From: Kipferlia bialata
Lineage: Eukaryota
Assembly: GCA_003568945.1 (NCBI GenBank)
Contig: BDIP01000049.1
Location: 1 to 36,318, forward strand
Length of the DNA: 36,318 nucleotides
Direction of reading: 5' to 3'
Part shown: in pieces, positions 35,097 to 36,318 of the stretch
Layout: each line of letters begins with the position of its first letter
Numbering within the stretch: the first letter of the stretch is position 1
Position numbers and translations under genes: made by a program
Notes under the pieces: model-generated
Told to the model about the DNA's origin: nothing
The model's database searches: none
Seen by the model: the letters and a program-made list of their open reading frames with translations, nothing else

Positions 35097-36318
35097 GAGA
35101 GAGAGAGAGAGAGAAAGAGAAAGAGAGAGAAGGAGAGGAGCCTGGGGTTAAGGGGGTACTCAGTCAATAGCCATAGAGGGTATGTACCTGGTGCTGACAT
35201 GCGCAGTGTCTGTAGGTTGGGGCACCTACCCCCCACGGCCATGATGACGGCACCCAGCTCAGACCTAGGCGTCAGCCATCACAGATATATACATAAAGAA
35301 AATATGTATGAACTCACAAGGAACTGGTCTGGATAGATTTACAAACAATAACTGTCCCTGGGTGTGTCTGCCCCCTATCGACTGACCAATATATATTTGT
35401 ATATATGTATCAACTCGTTGGGAATTGGTATTTGGTTAGCAATATACAAGCTAGCACTGTACCTAGGAGCGTCTGCCCCCCTGTCGACAGGTGTCAGCAC
35501 CAGGGACCTGAGGCTGAGCATCCTGGGCCACTCACTGAGGGTAAGGAGAAGAGAGCGAGAGAGAGAGGGAGAGAGAGAGAGAGAGGGCAGATGGTAAAGG
35601 CGACATAGACACCCCCCACCTGATGTCTCTGTGTGTGCATGCGTATCCCGATAGGTCGAGTGTCTGCATCTTGTGCCAGTGCATGCCCATCAACGGGAAG
35701 GGGGTCTGGGGGAAGGGGACATTGAGTGATAGACCCCTCAGCCCCTTCCCCTGCCACCCGTCCTGTCTGGCCAGTGCCTCCACCTCCGATGCATCCATCT
35801 GGCCATCATCAGCAGGGGATGCCATGGAGACAGAGAGGGCGGAGAGGGTCAGGGGGACAGTGTCCACACTCAGACAGCTGTCCTCAATCTCTAGGGGACC
35901 CACATGGCTAGAGAGGGTCTCCTTGAGTAGGGTGTTGCCAGGGGTGCCGAGGGAACAGAACTCAATGCGGACAGTGGCACCTGGGTCAGATCAACACAGT
36001 CAGCGAGAGTAATAATAGAGTATGAGAGAGACTATATATACCTGTGTTCATGCTGATAAGGGTCTTGAGCAGTCGTGTCTGTCTGGCCTGGTCAACAGGG
36101 CAGTAGCAGTCAAGGGCAGAGAGGGTCAGGGAGGTGAGACCGGAGAGGACAGAGGCGGGGGGGAGTCTGAGGTGAGTGGAGAGAGAAGGAGAGAGAGAGA
36201 GAGAGAGAGAAGGACATAGAGAGAGACTCAGGACAGGGAACATACCAAAGTATATATATCCTTGCTGAAGGGGGGGGGGAGAGAGAGAAAGAGACAGTCT
36301 AGAATAGAATACAGTCTA
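32310..36318 (-). CDS. Multi-exon leucine-rich-repeat-like protein (RNI/F-box-LRR style), 5' end outside window
   Basis: Repeated LxxLxL motifs (LSGLTSLTLS, WHKMQTLDLS, CPNLQTLRMS, LPSLSSLDVS, LPTLHTLTLT, CQSLRRLTLA, LPSLRRLSVE) and an acidic exon at ~34252-34468. The final exon is VKYLRKRAK...YEFSDDE* (stop 32310-32312). Confidence 0.65.

Noticed and set aside
1..36318. tRNA, rRNA or transposable elements
   Set aside because: No cloverleaf, rRNA-like segment, transposase/RT motif or terminal repeats were recognised by eye.

Overview
This is eukaryotic, intron-rich protist DNA. It has GT-AG introns, many full of TA/GA/CA microsatellites, with branch-point-like YTRAY motifs only a few nt upstream of the AG. 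The style resembles a metamonad/fornicate such as Kipferlia, but that assignment is inference. All recognisable genes lie on the minus strand. From left to right they are: (1) a single-exon kelch-like beta-propeller ORF; (2) a multi-exon XPG/Rad2-family nuclease; (3) the N-terminal half of a kinesin motor; (4) a ~9 kb receptor-type Ser/Thr (TKL-like) kinase with an FG-GAP-like propeller, repeated Ig-like modules and one TM helix; (5) a large many-exon gene of unknown function; (6) a coiled-coil/low-complexity gene; (7) ribosomal protein eL22; (8) an LRR-like gene that runs off the right edge. Four observations stand out. First, diverged partial copies ('echoes') of exon edges, often with their splice sites, recur in the neighbouring introns. 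Second, a perfect hairpin buries the branch point of the RPL22 intron. Third, two unrelated half-genes meet at poly-G/C tracts, probably through misassembly. Fourth, branch points are nearly fused to the 3' splice site. Exon structures were read by eye and are approximate.
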